Below are positions 49,275 to 61,100 of a DNA stretch of 64,000 nt, one piece after another (the first letter of the stretch is position 1; every line of letters starts with the position of its first letter). The notes beneath the pieces were generated by a model. It worked only from the letters and a program-made list of their open reading frames with translations. It had not been told where the DNA came from and did no database searches. Origin of the DNA: Felis catus (taxonomy: Eukaryota); contig NC_058382.1 in the NCBI RefSeq assembly GCF_018350175.1, positions 57,042,001-57,106,000 on the forward strand. The letters run 5' to 3'. A program made the translations under genes and the position numbers.

Positions 49275-49481
49275 TTTTTTTTTTCAACGTTTATTTATTT
49301 TTGGGACAGAGACAGAGCATGAACAGGGGAGGGGCAGAGAGAGAGGGAGACACAGAATCGGAAACAGGCTCCAGGCTCTGAGCCATCAGCCCAGAGCCCG
49401 ACGCGGGGCTCGAACTCACGGACCGCGAGATCGTGACCTGGCTGAAGTCGGACGCTTAACCGACTGCGCCACCCAGGCGCT
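49275..49481 (-). mobile_element. Young SINEC_Fc
   Basis: Near-consensus and CpG-intact; perfect TSD CTTGTCCGTTTTAAA at 49260-49274 and 49485-49499. Confidence 0.93.
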
Positions 49482-49512
49482 CCTCTTGTCCGTTTTAAAG
49501 ACTTTCACACTA

Positions 49513-49673
49513 GGGCGGCTGGATGGCTCAGTCAGGTGAGCCTCCAACTTCAGCTCAGATCTCGATCTTACGGTTTGTGGGTTCGAGCCCCGCGTCGGCC
49601 TCTGAGCTGTCGGTGTAGAGCCTGAGCCTGCTTGGGATTCTTGCCCTCTCTGCTGTGTCCCTTCCCCACTCGT

Positions 49674-49714
<41 letters not shown>

Positions 49715-50062
49715 ATTAAACTTATGGGGCACCTGGGTGGTTCAGCGGCTAAGCATCCAAATTGGCCTGGGTCATTATCTTGCCATTCCCGAGTTCAAGC
49801 CCCTCATAGGGCTCTGTGCTGACCCCTCGGAGCCTGGAGCCTGTTTCAGATTCTGTGTCTTCCTCTGTTTCTCTCTGCCCCTCCCCTGCTCACGCCCTCT
49901 CTCAAAAATAAACATTAAAAAATAATTTTTTTAAATAAACCTAAAAAATAAAGACTTTCATATTTGCCTTGTATCTCTCTCCCTCTCTCTCTGTGCCCCT
50001 CCCCTACTCACTCTCTCTCTCAAAAATGAACATGAAAAAATTTGTTTAAATTAAAAAAAAAA
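49513..50062 (+). mobile_element. Nested + strand CAN-SINE stack (49513-49722, 49726-49950, 3' fragment ~49965-50062)
   Basis: Two heads and three CT-tract/tail modules; aaagacttt(t)ca recurs at ~49497, ~49950 and ~50061. Confidence 0.85.
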
Positions 50063-50091
50063 AGACTTTTCACGTTTACCTAACGATGCTC

Positions 50092-50145
50092 TTTTTTTTT
50101 TAATGTTTTACTTATTTTTGAGAGAGAGCATGTGAGCAGGGGAGG

Positions 50146-50182
<37 letters not shown>

Positions 50183-50296
50183 CCAAGCAGGCTCTGCACT
50201 CCAGAGAGCCTTATGTGGGGCTCAAATTCACAGACCAAGAGATCATGACCTGAGTCAAAGTCGGATGCTCAAACAACTGAGCCACCCAGGCGCCCC
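50092..50296 (-). mobile_element. CAN-SINE
   Basis: poly-T, (GA)n, ending caggcgcccc. Confidence 0.9.
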
Positions 50297-50439
50297 TAAC
50301 AGTGGTGTTTGCATCCTTATTTATTGTCCAATTTATCTCGCCTATGGGACAATGTTGAGCTAATTTGTCACACCAAATTATTTACTCTGTGTTTTTAATG
50401 GTTTTCCTTACTAGGATTTTAGCCATGTTGTTTGATGCA

Positions 50440-50930
50440 TATAGACCTTTATTTTTTTTATCATATAAATGGTACATAGTCAACTTGTAAAATTTAGAAA
50501 ATAAACAAGAGTATAAGGAAAAAGTTCAAACCATTTGTAACTCCCACCGTTCCTTACCACTGTTAGTTAACATGTTATTACCTCGGAACCTTTTTTCCCA
50601 TGTGTATTTCTTTAATATATTTAATATTGTCTTGTGTACAAGACTTATTTTTTGTACTTTTTTCACCTAATATCTTAGCATTTTTCCTATGTGATTAAAA
50701 CTGTCCAGAAGCATCTTTTTTTTTAAATACTCTTACTTAAATTTACTTTTCCTCTGTTTTGGGGCGTATTAGATGGTTACCAGGTTCTTGCTAATATGAA
50801 TATATACTGTAACCTCGGGACATGAGCCTTTGTGCTCATTTTGCATGATTTCTTAGGGATGGATTATCGTAAATGGAATGACTGAGTCAAAGAATCGGAG
50901 CCGTGCAATGTGGGGAAATAGGTTCTATTT
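50440..50930 (-). mobile_element. Old L1ME-like fragment
   Basis: AT-rich; catgatttcttagggatggattatcgtaaatggaatgactgagtcaaag resembles antisense L1M 3' region. Confidence 0.5.
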
Positions 50931-51137
50931 ACATAAATCGGTGGGAAACAAACTTAGAGCGGAAAGCTGCCACCACTGGGCGAAAGCACCGGAGGTTAGC
51001 TAGCGCGATATTGTACCGGGATCACGAGTAACTTGTTCCATCCCCTGCAGGAAATTACTTTCCATTTGACGCCAATGTACCTTGATCACAAACACCGCTT
51101 GTCCCCACCCCCCCCCCAAGACCCTTTGCTTCTTAAA

Positions 51138-51352
51138 TTTTTTTTTTTCATCGTTTATTTATTTTTGGGACAGAGAGAGACAGAGCATGAACGGGGGAGG
51201 GGCAGAGAGAGAGGGAGACACAGAACCGGAAGCAGGCTCCAGGCTCTGAGCCATCAGCCCAGAGCCTGACGTGGGGCTCGAACTCACGGACCGCGAGATC
51301 ATGACCTGAGCTGAAGTCGGATGCTTAACCGACTGCGCCACCCAGGTGCCCC
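51138..51352 (-). mobile_element. Young SINEC_Fc
   Basis: Near-consensus; TSD cctttgcttcttaa on both sides. Confidence 0.93.
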
Positions 51353-51612
51353 TTTGCTTCTTAATCACACAAGTTAATGATTACTGTCCGATTGTTTTCT
51401 CCATGGTCACCACGTGGGTAAGATCTTGAGAACTCAAATACGGAGACGAAATTCCTGTTCGGGGCTCTTGTCTCCTCCCAGACTTTAGCCTCTCTCATAT
51501 TTATTTCTGCGTCCGCTCTCTTGCTGGACAAGAAAGAACTCCAGACCCCTCGTCTGCGACAGTGCAAGGCTCTGGAGAGAAAGCACAATTGCTTTATAAA
51601 GTGGCTGCATCC

Positions 51613-51840
51613 GGGGCGCCTGGGTGGCTCAGTCGGTTAAGCGTCCGACTTCGGCTCAGGTCGTGATCTCACGGCTCATGGGTTTGAGCCCCACGTCGGG
51701 CTCTGTGCTGACCGCTTGGAGCCTGGAGCCTGCTTCGGATTCTGTGTCTCCCTCTCTCTCTGCCCCTTCCCCCACTCATGCACGCTCTCTTTCTCTCTCT
51801 CTCTCTCTCAAAAATAAACATTGAAAAAAAATTTTTTTTA
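51613..51840 (+). mobile_element. CAN-SINE
   Basis: ggggcgcctgggtggctcagtcggttaagcgtccgac head; imperfect TSD taaagtgg.tg..tcc. Confidence 0.93.
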
Positions 51841-52359
51841 AAGTGGATGTGTCCATGTGAATCCCCATTGCCATGTTTATAGCAGTATCCTCTCCGATCG
51901 CGTGATGGTGCGGTGACATCCTGCCCTTGCTGTGCAGAATGCCTTTTGCCGTTGTTTCGTGACCCTTCTCACCTTGTGCGATACCGTGTTCTCTCAATCC
52001 TATCTTCTCGTGCAACTTCTTCATTTGACCAAATCTGGTGACAGGATTTTTGCCCAGACTTTTCTTTGGAAATCTCTCAGTGCTGTTTTGGTTTTGAGGG
52101 GCCTCTGTTTGGGTCTCATTTCATCAAATCTGGGACTGTATCTTTACGTGAGGGAATTTAGGCCGCGTTTCTTTATTGTTGTAATCGGTCTGTTCCAACT
52201 GCTATCGTAATCTCCCACAATTCCCGTTTGGTGTGCTTCCCTTGTCCGTTTGATCTGTGACCTTTTGATGGTCCGCTTTGTTTAGAGCATCAATTGTGGT
52301 CTCAGGGGTAGACGCTGTAGTTTTCATTTCGTGGACAACCTCTACAACAGGCGCTATGA

Positions 52360-52750
52360 ATTTTTTGCTAGAGAGCAAGCAGGGGAGGGGCAGGGAGAGA
52401 GAGGGACAGAGGATCCAAAGCAGGCTCTGCTCTGACAGCACAGAGCCTGACGTGGGGCTTGAACTCACAAACTGCGAAATCGTGACCTGAGCCAAAGTCA
52501 GACACTTAACTGACTGAGGCACCCAGGTGCCCCTTTTCTTTCTTCGGTGTTTATTTTTGTGCACGCGTGAGAAAGAGTGAGTGAGCACGCACAAGCCGGG
52601 GAGGGACAAAGAAAGGGGGATAGAGGATCCGAAGCAGGCTCCACGCTGACAGCAGAGAGCCTGACGCGGGGCTCGAACTCATGAATTGTGAGATCACGAC
52701 CTGAGCCAAAGCCAGATGACCCTCAGCCAACTGAGCCACCCAGGCACCCC
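52360..52750 (-). mobile_element. Two tandem antisense CAN-SINEs
   Basis: Ends caggtgcccc (~52533) and caggcacccc (~52750). Confidence 0.88.
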
Positions 52751-53284
52751 TGGCACTGTGAACGTTCCTCATTGTGTTTTTATCTCTAGCTAATCAGAAA
52801 CATCGACTCCCTTTTGAGGAGTTCAAGGCGTTTTTGAGATTTTCAGATATTTTTTTTCCATACTTTTCCGGTCTTTATTGACATAATCCAGTGTGACTGC
52901 AATTAAACCATCGCCGATGAACGTTTTCGTCTCCTGACCCTGCAACCTTACATTTAACCGGCTCTATCACTGACCCTTCCTTCCATGACTTCCCTATTCA
53001 AGACTGTTTTCTTTGACTCAGCCCTAGATATGTGTGTGTTTGGGGGGGGAGACTCCTAGGCAGTTTTTTGCCGGAAAGGTGCTCATGTGGTAACACGTCA
53101 GAAATTTGCAGATTTCCGAATATCGCCCTATACCCCGAAGATGAGTCGTGTGTCTACACGACACGCGATTCCCAGTTCTGATCCTTTCCCTCTGGAATCG
53201 GTGGAGTTGCTCTGTTGGCTGAGGGAGGCATTGATTATGGTGGAGGAGAAATCCGTAAAAACTGCATTTTGAGTCCTTTAAAAA

Positions 53285-53522
53285 TTTAAACATTTCTTTT
53301 TTTATTTGGAGAGAGTGTGTGCGCGCACGCGCGTGTATGCATGCACATGAATGCGGGAGGGGCAGAGAGACGGTGGGGGCGGGTGGAGAGAGAAGCCCAA
53401 GCAGGTTCTATCTACACTCAGTGCGGAGCCCCACACGGGGCCTGATCTCACGACCCCGAGATCGTGACCTGAGCCGAGATCAAGAGTCGGATGCTCAACC
53501 AACCGAGCCAGCCAGGCGCCCC
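53285..53522 (-). mobile_element. Older CAN-SINE
   Basis: gagatcgtgacctgagccgagatcaagagtcggatgctc...ccaggcgcccc. Confidence 0.85.
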
Positions 53523-54639
53523 TGCATTTTTATTCCTTTGAAAGTCACGTGTCTTTTTGGAATTCAGCTAACGGGTTACGCTCACGGATCGCTAGCTGCA
53601 CTCTCACTCGCTTGATCCGAGCGCTTTTAACACACTTAACTTCGGCTCATTTTTCTGCTTGATGGCTCCTAGCAGGCTTTCTCTTTGCGTTTCATTTTCT
53701 TACCACATTGCATCTTCTCGTTCGTTTTGGCCATTCATTTGTCCAGGGCCCGTTGATCACCGGATTGAGTGTGGTGTCAACTATTTGCTAGGGAGGATAA
53801 TCAATAATCGAAACGCATTAGGCGAGCAGAACCTTACGTACTCTCTGGCACCGTTGCGTGGTTGGGACCCGTCTCCGGTGTTGGCGCAGGGTGGCCACCT
53901 CCACGCCTCCCCCGTGTGTGCCTCTCCTCCCCGTGCTCCCCTTCCCTGCCTCTGTTTCCCTCTCTGTCTCCAGCCGTGTTTCCCTTGTGCCCTCGTTGCT
54001 AATTAATTCCCAGTCAGAGTGATGGATGGTTTAATTTGCTTTCCTTGAGAGCCCTGTTTTTCCTTGCCTTGCCGGGGACCGGGCGCAATTCCAAAGCGCC
54101 GGGCGGTTGGCTCGGGAGGGTGGGGTCTCGGCCGAGGAGGCGGGAGGGTCGCACAGGGTTTCAGGGACCAGCGTCCCCAACACAGTGCTATTTTGATCCT
54201 TACCATCCTTGAGTGACCTGGCTCAGCCAGAACCTCAGTTGTGCCGGATCCGGAAGCCTTGGGGAAGGTCTTTGCCGCAGACTCTTGACAAAAGGGGAGA
54301 GCCGCACCACCGCGAAGTCTGTGGAAACCCTCTTCCTTCTTTTTCCCTCGAGTTGAGTTCTTCTCCTCGTGGCCTCTGAATCTTTGTCTCTGGGTGCCCC
54401 CCCAGGCTCCCTGCTGACCCGAGGGGAGGGGAGGACCCGGGAGGAGGCTTCTGAGACTGAGTCTCGGGCTTTTTCTTGGGAGGAGCCAGTTGGACCTCTC
54501 CAGCTGGTCGGTTTTGAGTCTTCCTTCATTTCTCTGCGTAGCATCCTGCAGGCCCACGAGGCCAAGGAAGCCTCCCGGGAGGAAGGAGGGGGTAGGGTCA
54601 CTCACTCTTCTCCCCACATACTTCACCCCTGTCAACAAG

Positions 54640-54768
54640 AACACCACCACCAATGACCACCCTTAGCACCACCTCCCCCTCCCCATCATCGTCTTCCCCA
54701 TCTCTCCCACCATCAGCATCATCGCTGCCATCACCCTCCTCCTCCTCCTCCCCCTCCTCCTCCTCCTC

Positions 54769-54801
<33 letters not shown>

Positions 54802-54810
54802 ACCCCTCCA
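54640..54810 (+). repeat. (CAC/CAT)n low-complexity tract plus (CCT)n microsatellite
   Basis: Read directly; CCT run at ~54735-54792. Confidence 0.85.
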
Positions 54811-55203
54811 CGATCGTCGGTATTAACATCATCTTTATCCCAGCAGCTGCCGCTCGTTGAGTATTTGCTATGTTACAGGGCCTGTGCCGGGCATTTTATA
54901 CGCATTCTGTCATCCAGTCCTCCATGGGACCTTGTAGGATAGGTACTAAAGTGACTCCAACCGTGGTCGTAGAGGGCAGGAACGAGTACATGGGGAAGCC
55001 AGGGCTCAAACCTCCATCTCTGAATCCAGAGCCCCTTCCCCGATGCTCCAAGTTGGAGGCGCTGGGGTCCCAATTTCCTCCTGCGAGACAGAGACACCAG
55101 CCCCAGGTGCCCCCCACCCCCCGTCCCGCTCTGTGCCAGACCCCACACCCAAGTTGCCTCCCTGACCCCTTTGCCACGTGTGCCCCTTTCTTTCCCTCCA
55201 CAG

Positions 55204-55340
55204 GTGTACGAGGGCGGGAGCAACGTGGACCAGTTTGTGACCCGCTTTCTCCTGAAGGAGACGGCCAATCAGATCCAGTCGCTGCTGAGCTCCGTGGAGA
55301 GTGCGGTGGAGGCCATTGAAGAACAGACCAGCCAGATCCG
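55204..55340 (+). CDS. NECAB2: NECAB2 exon 6 ([28 protein letters not shown]...QTSQI-R)
   Basis: ccacag acceptor, CG|GTGCGT donor, 137 nt. Confidence 0.95.
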
Positions 55341-57398
55341 GTGCGTCACTGGGACCTCGCAGGGTCACGTGGGCATGTGTCTCACGCGCACACGCGGCCA
55401 CCTGCTGCTTGCTGGGGCCGGTCGTGCGCCTGGGGACCGAGTGACCTGGGGCCGGGCGCCGTGCTTGTCTGTCAAGTGGGGACGATCCCGTGCCTGTGTC
55501 TTCAGTGCCCGTGAGGACTGAACGAGACCGCGTGCGCGTAGAAGAATGCCAGGTGTGCGTGGGGTGCGTGCGTCCGGGGTGCCGGGGAGAAGGCCCTGAG
55601 GTCCCGACTCAGGCAGAGCACCGTGTCGGGGAGGGAAAGCCTGGTGTCCAGAGAGGAGGAGTCCTTCCTGCCAGCCGGCAGTGCCAGGCCCTGGGCTCAC
55701 CAGCCCTCACGTTTGCCGTCCCAAGTTCAGACCAAGCCTCCTTCGCCCTTTCTTTCCAGAGCAGCCGATGCGTCTGGTGCAGAGGGGCCGTAAAGAAATC
55801 CGGGTAGACAAGGAAAACGGCCAGCTGTCTACACTGCTGGGCCTCGGATGGCTGTGCCCGGCCGTCCATTCACAGCCAGAGGCTCGGCCCGGCCAGGATA
55901 TGGGTTGCTGCCCAGTGCGGGGGGTGGGGGGTTGAGCATGTGAATGTCGGCCGGCGGGGGCTGGTCCCAACTGGACACGGTCGCGAAGGCTGCTCGGTGA
56001 CACTGTTCCCAAAATTTGTTTATTCTGAGCCCCTGTGGGCAGATGACCTGGGAAGGCTAAAATGCAGATCCCGGGCCCCAGGCCGCGCCTGCCGGATTGG
56101 AATTCCTGGGCGCTGAGCCCGGAACTCTGCGTCCACGATTCTGAGCGTCCCCGGTGGTGACGGCCACAGCTCTGGAAGCTGACACTTCGCTTTCCTTCAT
56201 TTTAGGGGTCACTCTCTTGGTGAAAAACGTGGTGTTTTCTCCTGCTGTAGAGTAGGCTGCCGCCCGATGGTAGCTGATTTCCTGCCCAGCGCCAGCTCCG
56301 TGGGGTGTCGGCGGTTACACCTGCCCGCCCCTGTGCTGGGACCTTCCTGTGGGACTTTGGTGGGGGGAGGGGTCAGTTCACAAAGGGGAGGCACTTCCCG
56401 ACACACGCTCCGACCTCAGACTGCCCCAAACCTCAGCTCTTTAGGCTCCGGGCTGCAAAGTCCCCTTAGGCCACCCCGTCCAGGCGCCAGCCACTGGTTC
56501 AAAGCCCCGCTGCCCCTGGGGGACTCCCGCCGCAGTTTGGCGCTCGTTTGTGGAGCCTCAAAGACTCCGTGGCCTCCCCCGTCCCCCGGAAGGCTGGGGT
56601 GGCCCCCCCAGCCAGGGGAGAGGCAGGCACCAAGGTGCAGAAGGGGGGCTGGGCACAGGGCGCGTTTGCTGTGTGTGTCTGGGTGTATCTGGATGTCTGC
56701 GCTGTTTTCCAGCATCTCTGGGCACGTGGGTGTCCGGGAATTCACCGAGCGTCGATTGAGCCCCTACTGTCGTGCCAGGCACGTGCTGGGTGAGCCGCGT
56801 GTGCCTGGCAGGGCGTGCCAGGGCCGTGCACCTGTATGCACCCCGGTGTGCCTGGGGGCAGCGGACAGGGGACGGGGGACGGGGCCTGGCCCCTCTCTCT
56901 AAGGCCCGGCTGAGGTCAGGATCATGGATGTTTCTGTCCTGTTCCATGGTCTCTCTGGACCGTGTCTTAGGGCTCCCTTTTGCAGAGAGGTGGGCTGTTT
57001 CGCGGGCACAGACCCGAGCTCCCCACCGCACAGGGATGGGGAGGGGGTGCTGCGAGTTAGGCTGTGGGGTGGGGGCCTGGCTCAAGTTCATCCCGGCCCC
57101 GGAACTGACGCTCCCGGGGACGGGGCTGGGCCGTGTGGTCCTAGAATGCGGTGAAGTTCGATCCTGACTGCCTTGCCAGCTGCTGGGTGGTCTTGGTGAA
57201 GTCACCTGCCTTCGGGCTTCAACGACTCAGCCGCGCCACAGAGGCCATTACGCGTGCCTGGCAGGAATAGGGCCAGACCGGGTCAAGTGCGCTGTGTTTG
57301 GGCTCACGGCCGCTGCCTAACGTTTGCCAGAGCTGCTGAGAGCGGACGGGGCCCTGCGGCCTCCCTCACAGCGTGTGTTTCCTCTGCTCACACTGCAG

Positions 57399-57517
57399 AC
57401 AGAACCACAGCAAACCCAGCCACGGCGCAGCGGAGACCTGGTGTGCCGGCCCCCCTCCCCCCCAGGCCCCCAACCACAAGCTGGGGGCCATGGAACAAGG
57501 GAAGAGTCTTCCGCCTG
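57399..57517 (+). CDS. NECAB2: NECAB2 exon 7 (QNHSKPSH...MEQGKSLPP)
   Basis: ctgcag acceptor, G|GTGAGA donor, 119 nt. Confidence 0.92.
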
Positions 57518-57679
57518 GTGAGAGAGTGTGGCGGCCTGGGGTGGGGAGCACGGGGTGCGTGGGTGGGAATTCTGACAGTGGCCCGGATGCAGCCTGGGCC
57601 TCCAAGCGGGACTGGGACAGCGTGGGGGAGGGGGCTGCCCTCCCCTCCCCCCATGAGCATCTCTGATCCTTTCTCCTAG

Positions 57680-57759
57680 TCAACTCGGACCCCAAGGAGG
57701 AGGGGCTCGAAGCCCAGATCAGCCGCTTGGCAGAGCTGATAGGGCGGCTGGAGAACAAG
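57680..57759 (+). CDS. NECAB2: NECAB2 exon 8 (NSDPKEEGLEAQISRLAELIGRLENK)
   Basis: ctcctag acceptor, AAG|GTAAGC donor, 80 nt. Confidence 0.95.
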
Positions 57760-58167
57760 GTAAGCCTGCGGAGCCACGCCCCCCTCCGCTGTCCCCAGCA
57801 GGTGCAGGGTCGCCCGGAGTCCGGGCAGGAGCCTGGGAGCCTGGCCACCAGGACTAGGGGGAAGATGTCCCTCGTACCTGTCCAGGAGAGGTGCCCCGGG
57901 CAAGGGGCAGCCAGGAGGGGCGTCTCAAGGAACACAGAGTCAGCAGGGGCGTGTGCGGGGAGGGGACAGGGTTCCCTGCGCCTCTGCTCTCAGGCCGGCC
58001 TGGGGATGCCAGGAGGCAGCAGGGTGGTGGGTGAGGGCCGGGGCGTCCCGGCGGCGTCCCAGGAGAGCTTAGAGTCCTCTGGAATGAGGAGGCTCTCATA
58101 GATCTCTCAAACACGAGTCCTGTCTTCAGAGGGTGTTTCACGACTCGGCAGGTCCCCGCGGGATGAC

Positions 58168-58540
58168 CGCATTTGTCTCCCGGGGCCGCCGTGACCACGT
58201 AGCACAGGCGGGGCTCAAACCGGGGCCGTTTCTTCCGTCACGTTAGAGCCTAGAAGTCTGAGCTCAGGCTGGGGGTAGGGCTGCCTTCTCCTGGGCATGA
58301 GGACAGTCACTTCCTCCCTGTGTCCTCACGCATCCTCCCTCAGTGCGAGGCTCTGTCCTCATCTCCAAGGACACCGTCAAGGTCAGGTTGGATTAGGGCC
58401 CACCCATGTGACCTCATCTTAATTATCTCTTCAAAGGCCTTATTTCCAGGCAGTCACATTCCTAGGTGCTGGGGTGGGGGGGGGGGGGGAGATGGGCCTG
58501 GAACTTATGATTTGGGAGAGGATACAGTTCAGCCCAAACA
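58168..58540 (-). mobile_element. MLT1-family (MaLR) LTR remnant
   Basis: ctagaagtctgag...ttggattagggcccaccc...tgacctcatcttaatta...cagtcacattc...acagttcagccc. Confidence 0.75.
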
Positions 58541-58760
58541 ATGACCATGTGTGGGAAGAAAGAACAGGTTGCCTTAAGGTTTACCAAAGGGCTCAGGTAT
58601 CAGATTGCGCATATTTAAATCCTGGTTATACCACTTAGCAGCTTTGTGACCTTGGGCCAGTGACTTGCCCTCTCTGAGCCTCAGATTCCTGCTCTAACCG
58701 CAGAGAAGATGTTCAGACTAGCGCTCGTCATGGGGTTGTTGTGAATTAAAGAAAATGTCT

Positions 58761-58956
58761 TTTTTTTTTTTTAATATTTTATTTTTGAGAGAGAGAGAGT
58801 GGGGGAGGGGCAGAGAGGGAGACATAGCACCTGAAGCAGCCTCCAGGCTCTGCACTGTCAGCACCGAGCGCAACCCGGGGCTCGAACCCCTGAACCGGGG
58901 GATCACGACCTGACCCGAAGTCGGACGTTTAACCAACTGAGCCACCCGGGCGTCCC
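58761..58956 (-). mobile_element. CAN-SINE inserted in a MIR
   Basis: poly-T, GA tract, ending cgggcgtccc; TSD aagaaaatg; MIR-like flank at 58610-58750. Confidence 0.88.
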
Positions 58957-59369
58957 AAGAAAATGAAGCCTTAATGGCTTAGCCCGGAGCCTGCTCCGTC
59001 GTGAGCATTACAATGTTAGCAGTTGTTAGGCGTTGTCACCCATATTCTGACGCCAAACCTGTGCACACGCACGGGACCAGCACCCCTACATCAACCAAGC
59101 CGGCGGGCATCTCCGAACCGTACGGTTGAGCGAGTTTACATTTCTCCCGCTTTTCTGAATTTTTTTGACATGTTTTGCGCAAGGGCAAAAAAGCAGTTTG
59201 ATGGGCTTGGGGTTTCTCAGGGCTTCCTGGGGGCGGGGTGGGGGGCTCCCCCCACGCAGAGGGGGGCTGAGGCCAGACTTGGAGACGGGGGTGGAGGGGG
59301 AGGTGGGCTGAGGCCGAGGTGGGATCCCCCCTCCCGTGAAGCCAGCAGCTGAGTGGGAGCGGTGGGAAA

Positions 59370-59900
59370 GGCTCCGCGGGACCCCGAGGCCGGGTTGTCA
59401 TAACAACTCCCAGCGCCTCCAGAGGGAGGTTCTTTGAAGCTTATTTTTAGCCTCCGGTCGTCTTAACAACCAGCTGGCTGGAGACCGCGGAGCACCTGGG
59501 TGTCCTGGAGACGGGGCGGGGCCCCGCTTGCTGGCCTCTGATTGGTCCGGGCCGCCCGCGGGGGCCAATCCGGGGCCGGCAGGGGGCTCCGCCCTCTTCG
59601 TGCCAACCTGGGCCTGGCGCTGCCTGGGTGGGGCCGATGGCGTGCCGGGCGCTCCCCCGAGTTGCAGAAGAATCACGGTTTTGTGGGTCGGGGGGAGAGA
59701 GCCCTGGCTTCAAACCCCGGCTCCAAAGCTTTGGAGCCCGGGGCCGTGCGCTGCGAAACTGCCGAGTACCCATCGGGTGCTGTGTTCTGGACTCCGGCGC
59801 GTGTCGGTGACAGCGCGCCCGGGGTTCCTGCCTTCCTGGAGCTGACGGTGGGGCCGCGCCCACCTGCGGGAGTCGGGAAAGTTAGACAAGATGTATTCGT
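59370..59900. promoter_or_regulatory. Intragenic CpG-rich promoter-like element in NECAB2 intron 8
   Basis: X-box-like motifs at 59394 and 59457, MEF2-type motif at 59441, GC box at 59513, ATTGG at 59541, CCAAT at 59565. Confidence 0.55.
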
Positions 59901-60381
59901 GAAGCATGTAGCTCGAGGCAACCACCCCATTCAGACCATTATCAGGTTCACGGGGCACCGGGGGTCTCGACGTGGGGTGATTGGCCAGCCGACGGGGGAT
60001 CTCAGGGCTGCTGGCAGCGGCATCCTGGGTTCAGAACTGTCCTGTCCCAAGACTACCCCGCCCCTGGCCGAATGCCCTCCGCCTAGGTCTGGTTGGCTTC
60101 TGCGCTTCTCAGATGCCAAGGCCGGAAGGGATCTGGGCCACTTCCTCTGGTCGGTCTCCCAGCCGGGCCTCCCAGCTTCCTTCAGAGCCAGCCCTGTGTC
60201 TGGAGGGTAGGCGGCAGCGGGGCCTCGCCCCGGGGACTCCAGAGCCCCTGGAACCTTGGGGTGGAGAGGCTGGAGCTCTCTGCTGGCTCTGGACTCTCCG
60301 GTTTCATTGTGGTAGTGCTGGAGGCCTCCCTGGGGGAGGGGGCCTCGGTCTCCGACACGTCTTTGTGCTTTGTTGTTTCAG

Positions 60382-60435
60382 ACCCTTTGGTTTGACCTTC
60401 AGCAGCGCCTCTCAGATGAAGAAAGCACCAACATG
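60382..60435 (+). CDS. NECAB2: NECAB2 exon 9 (TLWFDLQQRLSDEESTNM)
   Basis: tttcag acceptor, ATG|GTGAGG donor, 54 nt, symmetric phase 0. Confidence 0.93.
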
Positions 60436-60987
60436 GTGAGGCCCGATCCCTTCCTGCCCCTCTCCTGTGGCCCCATCCCTGCCGGAGCCAGGACTGAGTT
60501 ACAGGTCCTTGACACCCCCTGGTGTCACCCCCTGGGACCACCACGAGGGGAGATGCGGCCCTAGGCCCTGGCCTCCTCTCCAGCCAGGGGTGTTCTCTGA
60601 TCAACAACAGTTTGGCCCCGGGGGGAAGTGATCAGGACAGTGACCCCACACACTGACCCGACCAGAAGCGAATCTTGCTGGGCCCTGATTTTGTGGTGTC
60701 TCGGACCAGAGTGCCATGCGGGCAGCTCCCGGCGGCCGCAGAGCCCCTCTGTGCACACCCTCGTGTGGTGTCCTGCTTGGGCGTGGCTGTCGTCTGCTTT
60801 TAGCCATTCGGTCCTCGTTCTTTTTCGCCACTTTTGGCGTAAGAATGAGCCCTCGCGTGAGTGAGGAGGGGTTTTGGGTTCTGTTTTGGCCGAATTGTCC
60901 TGTCTTCTCTGAAGGAAGGTCTGGGGAGGCCGGGTCTCGGGCAGGGAGAGCGGGGGTGGCCGGGCGCTCACTCCCGTGTCCCCACAG

Positions 60988-61100
60988 CACCTGCAGCTGG
61001 TCCGGCAGGAGATGGCCGTGTGCCCCGAGCAGCTGAGTGAGTTCGTGGACTCCCTGCGCCAGTACCTGCGGGGGACCGCGGGGGCCAGGACCTGCTTCCA
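60988..61100 (+). CDS. NECAB2: NECAB2 exon 10 ([15 protein letters not shown]...RTCF-H; ABM domain)
   Basis: cccacag acceptor, CA|GTGAGT donor, 113 nt. Confidence 0.95.
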
